Below, piece after piece: positions 29,256 to 39,540 of a stretch of 64,000 nucleotides of DNA. How positions within the stretch are numbered: the first letter of the stretch is position 1; each line of letters begins with the position of its first letter. The notes beneath the pieces are model-generated. The model saw only the letters and a program-made list of their open reading frames with translations. It ran no database searches and was not told where the DNA came from. The translations under genes and the position numbers were made by a program. The DNA lies in the NCBI GenBank assembly GCA_038883795.1, contig JAVZLK010000007.1, forward strand, positions 22,111 through 86,110, given 5' to 3'. Source of the DNA: Candidatus Bathyarchaeia archaeon. GTDB taxonomy: Archaea > Thermoproteota > Bathyarchaeia > Bathyarchaeales > Bathycorpusculaceae.

Positions 29256-30035
29256 GTGACAAACTCTAAGAGTTTAAATTTGCTAGTAAATCCCACCGTG
29301 GCTGAAGCGGTTGAGGCTGTTAGGGATGCAGTTTTGCAACATAAAACGGTTATTGTTGTTGGCAAATGTTGGGTTCACTACGTTGGTAGAGCAAAATCGA
29401 AACTGGAACCAGGCGAACGCATACTAATAATAAAAGAAGACGGCTCCCTTCTAGTCCACCGTTCCGTAGGCTATGAACCAGTGAACTGGCAACCGCCAGG
29501 CTGCCTATTCCAAGTCCAAGCCAAAGATAATGTTCTTGAAATTCGGGCTGTGAGGCGTAAGCCAGCCGAATCCGTGAAGGTGTTTTTTGACAAAATCCAA
29601 CTTTTCTCCGCCTTAGACCTTATGGATTCTGGCGAATTCGCCTTGTATGCAAGCGAAGAGGACATGCATAAAGCCATCTTATTGGAGCCTTCACTTTTGG
29701 AAGAAGGCTTCAAACCAATAAGTTATGAGAAGAAGGTTGAGCCAGGTTTTGTGGACGTTTATGGCGTGGACAAGAGTGGGAGGCTTGTTGTGGTTGAGAT
29801 TAAACGTAAAACTGCTGGAAGGGAAGCGGCCCTTCAACTTGCAAAATACATAGAAGCCATCAAACTCAAAGCAAACCGAGAAGTGCGAGGAATCCTTGCA
29901 GCGCCAAATATTGCCAAAGATGTTCAAAGGTTATTGGCAACTCTTGGGTTAGAGTTTAAAGCTTTAGACCCTAAAAAGTGCGCGGAAATCCTAACGAAGA
30001 CTGAAACTAAAAGGCTTGAAGCCTTTTTCAGATAG
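29256..30035 (+). CDS. nucS: Mismatch endonuclease NucS/EndoMS
   Basis: YVGRAKS, KEDGSLLVH, PVNWQP, VEIKR and QLAKY motifs; PIP-like C-terminus. Confidence 0.95.
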   Translation: MTNSKSLNLLVNPTVAEAVEAVRDAVLQHKTVIVVGKCWVHYVGRAKSKLEPGERILIIKEDGSLLVHRSVGYEPVNWQPPGCLFQVQAKDNVLEIRAVRRKPAESVKVFFDKIQLFSALDLMDSGEFALYASEEDMHKAILLEPSLLEEGFKPISYEKKVEPGFVDVYGVDKSGRLVVVEIKRKTAGREAALQLAKYIEAIKLKANREVRGILAAPNIAKDVQRLLATLGLEFKALDPKKCAEILTKTETKRLEAFFR

Positions 30036-30047
30036 TAGTTTTAGCTT

Positions 30048-30872
30048 CTAAAAATCAGTGGCACCATATTTGAATGTTGCATACTGCCTCCACATCTCTT
30101 GCGAAAAAGGCCTTTCCACCTGAACGCTGAAACCCATTGACTTATACTTCTCCTTGATTTCACCTATCATTAGATCTTCCACTGGATCTATTAGAAGGAT
30201 TCTTAAGTCGGATTGTAGGATTCTTACTGCTTTGGCTTTTATGTAACATTCAACCGCAACAATTCCTTCTAACGTATAGCCTTCCCTAATTGAGGTTAGA
30301 TTTTGAATAAAATCTGAATCTTGAGGTCTAGGAAACCAAAGAACACCAGCACACTTAGTGCCAGCCTTTTTATCTGTTACAATAACTGCATATCCGCCAA
30401 GTTTCACTAATGAGGTTTCACATAAACTCTTCAAGTCTTCGGGTTTTAGGGGATTTTTAAAAGTTATAAAAACCTCAATTAAAGAATCAGCAGTAAGCGT
30501 ATCTAAAAGTGCATTTAGAGCGTTCGTTCGTGAGTTCACATAAGCCGTGAGGTTTTCTTCAGAGGTTATATGGGCTTCTATGTGAATGGATATATAGCCT
30601 TTTTCTCGTGGATTATAGTGCATTTCGCGTACTACTATGTCACCGCCTAAGAAACTTATCCTTTCTATCTCTTTTGGACTCCATACACTTTCGTCAAAAT
30701 TTGAAAAGAATATTGATGGCAAAAAAGCCATGGCAACACATGCGGTAAATAACAAGCCTCCAATAAGAATTGAAATGTATATAGGCGCAGCTAATCTAGT
30801 GAGATTTGTTGAAACTGGCTTTTTTGGTTTTGGACACCAATTCCACAACTTTTGACGAATACCCATTTTCAT
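30048..30872 (-). CDS. Hypothetical single-TM membrane protein
   Basis: Basic WNWCPKP N-terminus, one TM, large soluble domain; ATGA overlap with the upstream HTH gene. Confidence 0.7.
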   Translation of the reverse strand: MKMGIRQKLWNWCPKPKKPVSTNLTRLAAPIYISILIGGLLFTACVAMAFLPSIFFSNFDESVWSPKEIERISFLGGDIVVREMHYNPREKGYISIHIEAHITSEENLTAYVNSRTNALNALLDTLTADSLIEVFITFKNPLKPEDLKSLCETSLVKLGGYAVIVTDKKAGTKCAGVLWFPRPQDSDFIQNLTSIREGYTLEGIVAVECYIKAKAVRILQSDLRILLIDPVEDLMIGEIKEKYKSMGFSVQVERPFSQEMWRQYATFKYGATDF

Positions 30873-31330
30873 CCACCTATAATTTTTGAGAATAAAATTT
30901 CAGCCAGTTTAGAGGGCATCATCGAGTTTGCGTTTTCTGGAAGTTGCATATTGCGATCCTCTGCTTCTACCAACAACATTTTTCTGCAAGTTTCAAGTTG
31001 ATCACAATTTCTGCAGTCTCCTTCATGTTTATACCATACCTGAACACCATTTTTTGCTGAGAACGTGATTATTGCATCTGTTTTGAAATCTGAGCTATAA
31101 CCAACCAATATTCCTTGAGCTGAATCTATTGTTTTGATTTTAATTTTATTTATTGTAGCTGCTTCTTCAAGAGCTGCATAGATTTTGGAATTTGCAACGT
31201 CCAAAGCCTTATGAACGGTTTGGCGGGTCACTTTGAGTTTTCTAGCAATGCTTACCTCAGATAACCCCCTACTTTTCAGATCCCAAATCATTTTCTGCTT
31301 AGGAGTAAGATAACCGGTGGTTAAGCTCAT
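30869..31330 (-). CDS. HTH DNA-binding protein with Cys-containing C-terminal domain
   Basis: LTPKQ..IW..GLSEVSIARKLKVTRQTVHK HTH; CRNCDQLETC motif. Confidence 0.75.
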   Translation of the reverse strand: MSLTTGYLTPKQKMIWDLKSRGLSEVSIARKLKVTRQTVHKALDVANSKIYAALEEAATINKIKIKTIDSAQGILVGYSSDFKTDAIITFSAKNGVQVWYKHEGDCRNCDQLETCRKMLLVEAEDRNMQLPENANSMMPSKLAEILFSKIIGG

Positions 31331-31344
31331 TGCGACGAATCCTA

Positions 31345-31364
31345 GTAAGCCTTAAGAGGCTGAC
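31345..31364. promoter_or_regulatory. Imperfect palindrome, candidate operator
   Basis: GTAAGCCT-TAAG-AGGCTGAC, 14 nt upstream of the HTH gene in a divergent intergenic region. Confidence 0.4.
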
Positions 31365-31413
31365 AAACATATAAATCTTTCGTAAAGCAGAATCTACCGA
31401 GAAGGAACACACA

Positions 31414-32322
31414 TTGATTCGGAGAATTGTTCCTTTAGCCTTTGACAGTTTTGGTGTTCGTTCAATGGCAACTTTCATAGAAACAGACGACCTAAAAATC
31501 CTAATAGACCCCGGAGTTGCTTTGGCGCCTATTCGCTACGGATTGGAACCGCATCCTTTAGAGTGGGAGAGGCTTGAGGAAACTTGGGAAGTTATCAAGC
31601 AATATGCAGAAAATGCTGATGTTTTGGTTGTTACGCATTATCATTATGACCATCATGACCCAGACACTCCAGAACTGTACAAGGCGAAAAATGTCTTCAT
31701 AAAACATCCAACAGAAAACATAAACCTAAGCCAAAAAGAAAGAGCAGCCATTTTCCTAGAAGCCATAAAAGGAATGCCCAAGAAACTCGAAACTGCCGAT
31801 GGTAAAAGCTTCCAACTTGGCAAAACCCGCATAAGCTTTTCAAAGGCTGTTTGCCACGGAACAAATCCACGCCTCGGATACGTAACAGAAGTAAGCATAA
31901 AAAGCAATAATGAAAAATTCCTTTACACGTCTGATGTTGAAGGCTCATCCTTGGAAGATCAGATACGCTTCATTCTCGATGAAAAGCCAGACATCCTTTT
32001 TGTCGATGGACCAATGACCTACATGCTTGGATTCCGCTATTCCTTCAAAAGTCTAGAAATTTCAAACGCTAATCTTGTCAGAGCCATAAGAGAGACGAAC
32101 CTTCATACTTTGGTTTTGGACCACCATTTTCTACGAGACTTAAACTATAAATTGAGGATAAAGCTAGTTTATGAAGCTGCTGAAAAGCGTGGGGTAAAGG
32201 TTGTTACGGCAGCAGAATTTTGTGGGAGAAAGATTGAGATGCTTGAGGCTTTGAGGAAGGAGCTTTATGCAAAATATGGCGAAATGGAGTTTAAGGGCAA
32301 AAAACGTGCATTGCGTGAGTGA
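31414..32322 (+). CDS. Metallo-beta-lactamase fold protein (UPF0282-like)
   Basis: LAFDSFGVRSMA, THYHYDH, SDVEG, DGP and DHHFLRD motifs. Confidence 0.85.
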   Translation: MIRRIVPLAFDSFGVRSMATFIETDDLKILIDPGVALAPIRYGLEPHPLEWERLEETWEVIKQYAENADVLVVTHYHYDHHDPDTPELYKAKNVFIKHPTENINLSQKERAAIFLEAIKGMPKKLETADGKSFQLGKTRISFSKAVCHGTNPRLGYVTEVSIKSNNEKFLYTSDVEGSSLEDQIRFILDEKPDILFVDGPMTYMLGFRYSFKSLEISNANLVRAIRETNLHTLVLDHHFLRDLNYKLRIKLVYEAAEKRGVKVVTAAEFCGRKIEMLEALRKELYAKYGEMEFKGKKRALRE

Positions 32323-32909
32323 GGAAAACTAAATTAGCAAGTTCGCTATTTAGCTTGAAGGTTATGTCCATGAACATTTGGAAAGATATCCCCTCAGGCG
32401 ATAAGCCTCCAGAACTGCTCAACATGGTTGTTGAAGTCATTATGGGTTCAAGAGACAAGTATGAATACAATCTCGAATGGGAAACTTTTGTTTTAGACCG
32501 CATCATACCCTCATCTGTGGTTTTTCCGGTTGATTATGGCTTTGTTCCCCAAACATGGTTTGACGATAATGACCCCCTTGACATAATGGTGCTAAGCTAT
32601 GAACCGCTTGAGGTTGGCTGTATAGTTAAGGTTAGAGTCATAGGCGCCTTAATAGTGGAAGACGAAGAGGGCGAAGACCCAAAAATATTGTCTGTGCTAG
32701 TTAATGATGCGAGGTTTGAGGGCTATAAGGATATTACGGATGTGCACAAGCATAAACTTGTAGAGATTCAAGAATTTTTTGAAACCTATAAGCGGTTGGA
32801 ACCGCATAAATGGGTTAGGTTTAAGGAATGGAGAAACGCTGAAGAAGCCAAAAAGATTGTGAATTACGCCATTAAAAAGTTTAAAGAACTTAACAAAAAC
32901 AGTTCTTAA
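32319..32909 (+). CDS. ppa: Inorganic pyrophosphatase (true start probably 8-10 codons downstream)
   Basis: KYEY, LDR, YGFVPQT, DNDPLD and FFETYKRLE motifs. Confidence 0.95.
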   Translation: MRKTKLASSLFSLKVMSMNIWKDIPSGDKPPELLNMVVEVIMGSRDKYEYNLEWETFVLDRIIPSSVVFPVDYGFVPQTWFDDNDPLDIMVLSYEPLEVGCIVKVRVIGALIVEDEEGEDPKILSVLVNDARFEGYKDITDVHKHKLVEIQEFFETYKRLEPHKWVRFKEWRNAEEAKKIVNYAIKKFKELNKNSS

Positions 32910-33028
32910 CATTAAATCTGGCGAACGTTAAAAAAGATATTTGCAAGCTATTCCTGAATGTGCGATATTCTTAAATCGCCCTAATGCTGTTCGCCTATTA
33001 TAGTTGAGGTACAGTAGGCGCATGGAAC

Positions 33029-34693
33029 TTGCGAAAATATCTGATAAGCTTCGTCGGTGGACTATTCATCCTTGGCGTAATGACTTGGCTAATTGTAACT
33101 TTCGTGAATTATCCAGAAATTAAAAATCTTCCATTATACACATTTAGCACAGTTTTGAGAATTATAATCACACTTCTAATTTCGGTTGCTTGGGGAGTTT
33201 CTTTCGGCATTTTAGCCGCGACAAACAAGTGGGCATCACTTATCCTCACGCCCTTCATAGACCTCTTACAGTCAATTCCCATACTCGGATACTTCCCAAT
33301 GGTGATAAGCTTTCTATTCGCTTTAGGCCCCTTAGGAATTGAACTTTCAGTAATCATCTTACTCTTCACATCCATGGCTTGGGCCATATTCTTTGGAGTG
33401 TTAGGAGCCATAAGAGGCATCCCAACAAACGTTGTAGAATCAGCTCGAAGCTTCGGATTGACTGGATGGCGATATATTAGACACGTGATTTTGCCCGCAA
33501 TTACTCCCGCTGTGATTTCTGGAGCAAATCTCGCGTGGTGTGATGGCTGGTTCTTCATGATAGCCGCAGAATACATCCAATACAAAGGAACAGTAGTAAC
33601 GCCGCCTTCAGGTGGATTGGGTTCTCTCTTAGCGATGGCTGCTTATGAATGGCAAGACATGAACGTTTCCTTAATCCTTCTCGTATTCATAACTTTCATT
33701 GTTGTCTATTTCAACACTTTAACTTGGCACAGGCTTATGGAGAAGGCTAGCACTGGCACTTTTAAGCCGGTTTTCACGGTGGACTTGTCTGGAGTTGGAA
33801 AAATTGGAGTTGTTAGAGCAAGAAGGTTGCTGCATTTTGGAAGATTCCACTGGCCAAAGGCTTTTTCTATTGCCTCCCAACGTTTGCGAAAGTACACACG
33901 CATCGAAAAGAGTATTGCTATAATTCTGGCTTTTTCAGTCGTCTTCTTTTTCTTGTACTATATGTTTGGTCAGTTTCCAACATGGGGAATAATTCGTGGA
34001 GGATTTAATGAACCGCCAGCAGAACACCTAGCCCATCTTCCATTTTTAATTGCTTTTACCATGGGAAGGCTTGCAATAGCTTATGGAATTTCTCTTGTTG
34101 CGGCTATTAGTATGGGTGTTTTGGCCGCAGAGCATAAGAGAATTGCAGCTATTTTTTATCCTCTTTATGATATTGGGCAGGGAGTGCCAATATTAGCGTT
34201 ATTTCCGGTGCTTTTTCTCGGATTAAAGCAGCTCATTGGAATTCCTGGAATTGCCCTTGAACTTACTTGTATAATAATGCTTGTTCTGGACATGATATGG
34301 TACATGTTCCTTAACATTGTAAGCGCTGTGAAAAATATTCCAACAGAAATAAAGGAGGTTGGTCAACTCTTCGGGTTTAAAGGCTTGAAAAGAATAACGC
34401 ACATAGTTATTCCATCAATCCTGCCATCTATAGTTACGGGAAGCATACTTTCATGGGGAACAGGTTGGAACACAATTATATTTGCAGAGTACATGCCCTC
34501 AACAGAACCCACAATTCCGCCGCTTTCTGTTCCGGGTTTGGGTTCGCTGCTGGATAAGGCTGGATATGAGTATGGAAACACAGTATTACTCATTTTCCTC
34601 CTTGGCATAGTAGCAGTAATTGTGCTTTCAATGGAAGCATTTGTTTGGAGACGTTTACTCAGAAAGTTTGAAAAATATCATGTGGAGGTATGA
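33029..34693 (+). CDS. NitT/TauT-type ABC permease with two fused TM domains
   Basis: Two copies of D..Q..PIL..FP and EAA-loop-like motifs. Confidence 0.85.
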   Translation: MRKYLISFVGGLFILGVMTWLIVTFVNYPEIKNLPLYTFSTVLRIIITLLISVAWGVSFGILAATNKWASLILTPFIDLLQSIPILGYFPMVISFLFALGPLGIELSVIILLFTSMAWAIFFGVLGAIRGIPTNVVESARSFGLTGWRYIRHVILPAITPAVISGANLAWCDGWFFMIAAEYIQYKGTVVTPPSGGLGSLLAMAAYEWQDMNVSLILLVFITFIVVYFNTLTWHRLMEKASTGTFKPVFTVDLSGVGKIGVVRARRLLHFGRFHWPKAFSIASQRLRKYTRIEKSIAIILAFSVVFFFLYYMFGQFPTWGIIRGGFNEPPAEHLAHLPFLIAFTMGRLAIAYGISLVAAISMGVLAAEHKRIAAIFYPLYDIGQGVPILALFPVLFLGLKQLIGIPGIALELTCIIMLVLDMIWYMFLNIVSAVKNIPTEIKEVGQLFGFKGLKRITHIVIPSILPSIVTGSILSWGTGWNTIIFAEYMPSTEPTIPPLSVPGLGSLLDKAGYEYGNTVLLIFLLGIVAVIVLSMEAFVWRRLLRKFEKYHVEV

Positions 34694-34696
34694 CCC

Positions 34697-35511
34697 TTGT
34701 CAGTGCTTGAAGTGGAAAACATATCGAAAACATTCGCAACGGATAAATCAAAAATATTAGTCTTAGACAACGTGAGCTTTTCAGTTGGAAACGACGAGTT
34801 CGTCTGTTTAGTTGGGCCTTCCGGATGTGGAAAATCCACATTGCTTAGAATAATTGCTGGTCTCGAAAAGGCTGATTCGGGCAAAGTGTTATTCCGTGGA
34901 CGACCCATAACTCAGCCTACTCCAAAAATTGCCATGGTCTTCCAGCTTTTCGGGCTGCTACCATGGAAAACTGCATTAGAAAATGTTGAAGTACCCTTGG
35001 AAGTTCTCGGCATAGAAAAGGAAAAAAGGAGGCACATTGCTGAAGAATACTTGAGAATGGTTGGGCTTGAAGGTTTTGAGAACACTTATCCCCATGATCT
35101 TTCAGGTGGAATGAAACAGCGTGTTGGGATTGCAAGGGCATTAGCCTTAAAACCAGAAGTCTTGTTAATGGATGAACCATTCTCTTCCTTGGATGAACTT
35201 ACGGCTAAAACCCTTCGTAAATTGGTTCTTGACATTTGGCGAAATCCAGCCTTGCCAACAAACACTTTCATAATGGTTAGCCACAATGTTGAAGAGGCAT
35301 GGCAGACAGAGTTATAGTGATGTCGCCCAGACCAGGAAAAGTTGTTGGAGAAGTGAAAATTGAAATCCCAAGACCCAGAGAGAAGCATCTAAGGGACTCT
35401 ACCTACTTTAATCTGGTAGACAAGGTCGTAGAAATACTTGAGAAAAGTAAGGCGATAACACAAACTGAAAGTCCCATATCCTTAACGGCTAACAGAACAA
35501 ACAAAACTTGA
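34697..35511 (+). pseudogene. NitT/TauT-type ABC ATPase, frameshifted near 35299
   Basis: GPSGCGKS, LSGGM, MDEPF and SHNVEEA in one frame; MADRVIVMSPRPG continues in another frame. Confidence 0.75.
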
Positions 35512-35528
35512 GAAAATGCTTGTCAAAA

Positions 35529-37169
35529 TCAAGGCTGAGTAGGAGCCTTTGAAAAAGGTTCTGCGAAAGCTTCATATTCTTTCTCTGAAAACCAGCCTTC
35601 CGCCTTAAGCTTTTCAATTCCACCTTTAATTTTTTCACGCATCCCATTTGTCTTTAAAATGTCAGCCTTCTCCCCAGCCTCGCTTATCTCTCTCTCAAAA
35701 ACCGCATCTTGCCCAATCAATGAAGGAAGTTGTTGAAGGAAGGAACTTATAGCTTTGAACCTTGGAACGAGAAGCTGTTTAACTTTTGTCTTGCCTAAGG
35801 CTCCTTTAATTTTCGCCAAAAAACTTACACTGTTCACTATTGACGGCGGAAATAAAACATAACGCTTTTTTGATTCAAACTGGTAACAAGCCACATAGAA
35901 AGGTATGTAGATTAAAGCGCTCTTCACCCGTGTTTGTCTGATTCCCAAAGTTTCAAAATTGGAAATTTCCATTTCCCTCATTTTAGCCATCTTATTAATT
36001 TGCTCAATTATGGCAGAAGTCTGTTTTTCCAGCTTTTCCATTTCTTGAATGAGAAGTTGGATTTCGGCATCCCTCGAGGCTTCAAGCTCCAGCAACTCCT
36101 TCTGGGCTTCTTTAATTTTGGCTTCCCATTCAGACCTTAACCTAAAAGTTTCAGCAGACTTGTTGTCTTCCGTTTCCTTTATCTTCCCTTCAAGTTCCTC
36201 TATCTTAACTTCGATTTCAGAAAACTCCTTTCTGCTTTCAGTCTCTTTCTCTTTCCATTTCCGTTCGCCAACACCGTCCTTATTAGCGGCGCATGTTTTT
36301 GCTTCCATTTTGCAGCGTTCAATTTTGGCACGAGTTTGCTCTCTGAGTTTTTCATATTTTACCTTCTCCTTTTGTAGGGAAAGGAGTTGCTTCTCAAAAT
36401 TTCTTGTTAGCTGAGTTATTAGCTCATCGTATTCTTCGTTTATGCGTTCAACCTTTGGCATTATAGCCTCTTTTTGCTTTTCAATTTCGCTGTTGAATTC
36501 TTCTTTGACGGTTCTTATTTTACCACGTAATGTTTTAGTGAAGTTGCGGGTTGTTTTATTTAGGAGTTTCATGCTATTGTAAAGAAGGGCGACATCCTCT
36601 TTAAATTGTGATTTTAGGTTTCCAAGTTCTTGAACAGCGGATAAAATTGCGGTTTCATCGATCACTGGTGGCAAAAACACCATTTCAAAAGGTGAAGTTT
36701 CTGCTTTAGCCTCTAAAAGGTATAAGCTAAACTCGTTAAGGAAGTTTGGTTCTGTAATAAGCGCATCTATTGTCATTGTTTTTTCGCTTGCAGAAATTTG
36801 AAAATAGTTAATACTGTCGGACAGAAAAGTTATGTAAGTCTCTATGCTTTTTGAGCTCCTCTGCACATTCTCCATGAAGTTTCTTACGTCTGGAACAATT
36901 TTGTAAGTTAAAGTATGCGCCTTTGTTTTCAATCCATCAAAAATTAGACTTAAATCGTTCCATGGAAGAAGCCATAACGGATAACCGAACTCAGCTAGAA
37001 AAACAAGCTTCTCCTCGGGCTTCTTTAATATTAAACCGCCACCCCTTTCCCGCTCTAACTCGGCAAAACAGTAAATGGCGCCGTTTTCCATCTCGCTTGA
37101 AAAGGGTTCTATGCGATTTTCAGATGGAACCGAAAAGGGAAGAATCAGTTTTTGAGTTTTTTGAGACAA
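35529..37169 (-). CDS. Hypothetical protein with long central coiled coil
   Basis: 546 aa; globular ends (YPLWLLPW, YIPFYVACY) flank a long E/K heptad region. Confidence 0.75.
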   Translation of the reverse strand: MSQKTQKLILPFSVPSENRIEPFSSEMENGAIYCFAELERERGGGLILKKPEEKLVFLAEFGYPLWLLPWNDLSLIFDGLKTKAHTLTYKIVPDVRNFMENVQRSSKSIETYITFLSDSINYFQISASEKTMTIDALITEPNFLNEFSLYLLEAKAETSPFEMVFLPPVIDETAILSAVQELGNLKSQFKEDVALLYNSMKLLNKTTRNFTKTLRGKIRTVKEEFNSEIEKQKEAIMPKVERINEEYDELITQLTRNFEKQLLSLQKEKVKYEKLREQTRAKIERCKMEAKTCAANKDGVGERKWKEKETESRKEFSEIEVKIEELEGKIKETEDNKSAETFRLRSEWEAKIKEAQKELLELEASRDAEIQLLIQEMEKLEKQTSAIIEQINKMAKMREMEISNFETLGIRQTRVKSALIYIPFYVACYQFESKKRYVLFPPSIVNSVSFLAKIKGALGKTKVKQLLVPRFKAISSFLQQLPSLIGQDAVFEREISEAGEKADILKTNGMREKIKGGIEKLKAEGWFSEKEYEAFAEPFSKAPTQP

Positions 37170-37231
37170 GGTTCACCAGTTTACAATGATAAGGATATGT
37201 TTGGTTTAAATGTTTTACGAATAACATACAA

Positions 37232-38473
37232 CTATGATTCTGCCCTTCGTTTAAGTAATGGAATGCCTACACTAGCTATTATTGCGGTAGCCAAAATCAC
37301 TATAACAGCAAGATTGATGTAAACGGGTGACAAAACCTCAAAAATGGAACTTGCCTCCGGATATTTTGTTGGATCAGCATATTGTAATGGTAATGTTGCT
37401 AAAACAGCAGCTGCTAAGCCCCTTGTCAGCATTACGCTCATAATCGACCGTTCCTTTGCGAGGTCATCGCTGCGGACAGTTGTTAATGCCACAGCGCCAA
37501 ATCTAACCAAAAGAAGTATAAGTGAAAGAATTATTCCAGCTATCACAATTGCAACATCAGTAATTGACACAATTAAGCCTATATAGACAAAAAAGAAGGT
37601 TCTCAAAAGGAACGCAACTTCAGACTCAAACCTCTTTAATCCCATATCAACCGCCATGTTTGGGGGTCTCTCCATCCTAAGAATTTTGTAAATCTCCTTT
37701 TCATTACCCAACATAATGCCAAACAGGAGGGAACAGAGGGAACCACTTCCACCTAAAAATTCGGAAAGGGAATAAGCTAAAAGCACCACAGCCAAGGTGA
37801 GTATGTAAACGTAAGAGGCTTTTGCAATTCGCTTTAATACGCTTAACCAGATTAGGCCGAAAATTATTCCAAGCACTATTCCAGTTGAGAATCGACTTGC
37901 AATAGATTGCCCAATGGTTGTTAAGTCCACAGCACCCTTTAATATTATTTCTATGATTACCAATGAAAAAACTATGCAAAAAATATCCGTAAGCGCAGAT
38001 TCGAGGCTTAATACTGTTGAACATTTTTCACTAACTTTAAGGCGTGAAGTCAAGGAAATTACGGCTACACTGCTGCTTCCTCCAAAAATCGTTCCAAACA
38101 GAACAGAATACAAAAATGGCACATTCGACGGAATTACTATATATGCCATAAACAGCGTTGTTGCAATAACACTTAGCGCAAATCCGACTATGGCGAGAAT
38201 GAAAGCCCTCGGACTTTCGGCGAAAACACGATAAATGTTCATGGCCATTCCGCCATCAAACAAAATGAAAATCAATGCCAAAGCAGCCAAATATGGAGCC
38301 AAACCCATGATAGAAGAGGCGTCCACCCAACCGAAAACTGGTCCAAACAGTATGCCCAAAATTATGAGGAGGAGCGTGTCTGGAAAACCCTTACGTTCAA
38401 ACAAGTAATTGCCAAGAAAACCTATTACAATTATTGAACCAGCAAGTATCAATGCAAGCGTGACCGGATCCAT
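37232..38473 (-). CDS. CPA1/NhaP-type cation:proton antiporter
   Basis: ILFDGG, LESALTD, FFFVYIG and TRGLAAAVLA motifs. Confidence 0.9.
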   Translation of the reverse strand: MDPVTLALILAGSIIVIGFLGNYLFERKGFPDTLLLIILGILFGPVFGWVDASSIMGLAPYLAALALIFILFDGGMAMNIYRVFAESPRAFILAIVGFALSVIATTLFMAYIVIPSNVPFLYSVLFGTIFGGSSSVAVISLTSRLKVSEKCSTVLSLESALTDIFCIVFSLVIIEIILKGAVDLTTIGQSIASRFSTGIVLGIIFGLIWLSVLKRIAKASYVYILTLAVVLLAYSLSEFLGGSGSLCSLLFGIMLGNEKEIYKILRMERPPNMAVDMGLKRFESEVAFLLRTFFFVYIGLIVSITDVAIVIAGIILSLILLLVRFGAVALTTVRSDDLAKERSIMSVMLTRGLAAAVLATLPLQYADPTKYPEASSIFEVLSPVYINLAVIVILATAIIASVGIPLLKRRAES

Positions 38474-38590
38474 ATATCTAAACCTTTTATCCCCTAATTA
38501 ATAATGCTGCTTAAAGATTTTTCGTCAAATATGTAAGTAAAAGATAAAAATACGATAGGTATGCATATGTAGTCGGAAGCGTGTCTTGAA

Positions 38591-39532
38591 GTGTTTGATC
38601 TTGTACTAAATGTTTTGGCATTAGCTCTTTCGCTGATCATATTAGCTGTGGCTAGCCAATTTACCATTAAATCAATTGAAAGATTAGTCGAGCTTACACA
38701 TCTCAGTGAAGCCTCTGTAGGCTTTGTCGTAATGTCTGTAATGACGAGCATTCCTGAAATTTTTGTTGCTGTATCCTCTGTTTTGCATGGTAAACCTGGA
38801 TTTTCTGTAGGTGACGTGCTTGGTTCGAATGTTTTTAACATAGGAATTGTGGTGGGCATTTTAGCGACAATGGGTTTCCTTAAGAAATGTTCTAGTGGGC
38901 TTTTAACAGAGCTTGTTGACATTCTGTTTCTTTCATCATCGATTCCCTTAATTCTTGTCGTCTTTGGAACGGCTCACTTTTTGGTGGGTGCAGCGCTTAT
39001 AGGGATTTTCATATTTAGCGTTCGTGAAATGACAAAGAAGAGAAAACAGCAAATATTGATTAATAATGAAATAAATAACAAAGCGATAAGCAAAAAAGCC
39101 GTCACCTTTAAGATAATTGTTGGAATCTCGGTGGTTATTACAGCAGCTGAGCTCATCATAATGTCAGCATCTAACATTTCAATAATCCTCGGCGTTGCAC
39201 CAATACTTATAGGTGCAAAAATTATCGCGATAGGAACATCAATGCCAGAACTTGCGCTTGATTTAACGGCTGTTCGCAGAGGACGAGTTAATCTTGCCCT
39301 TGGAGACTTAATTGGTTCCAATTTGACTAATATCACTCTCATTTTAGGCATTGTTTTATTGTTTTCCCCAGCGGGGGCGGTTAACCTTTCAATTCTTGCT
39401 GAAATTGTTCCTTTTATTCTGATAACAACTCTCATTTTATGGCGTTACCTTACAAAAGGTGGAGTTTCACAATTTGGCGGAATAATGTTAATTATTGTTT
39501 ACGTTATATTTCAAGCCATCATAACAGCATAA
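38591..39532 (+). CDS. Sodium:calcium exchanger family protein
   Basis: Alpha repeats TSIPE..GDVLGSN and GTSMPE..GDLIGSN. Confidence 0.9.
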   Translation: MFDLVLNVLALALSLIILAVASQFTIKSIERLVELTHLSEASVGFVVMSVMTSIPEIFVAVSSVLHGKPGFSVGDVLGSNVFNIGIVVGILATMGFLKKCSSGLLTELVDILFLSSSIPLILVVFGTAHFLVGAALIGIFIFSVREMTKKRKQQILINNEINNKAISKKAVTFKIIVGISVVITAAELIIMSASNISIILGVAPILIGAKIIAIGTSMPELALDLTAVRRGRVNLALGDLIGSNLTNITLILGIVLLFSPAGAVNLSILAEIVPFILITTLILWRYLTKGGVSQFGGIMLIIVYVIFQAIITA

Positions 39533-39540
39533 AACTCATT

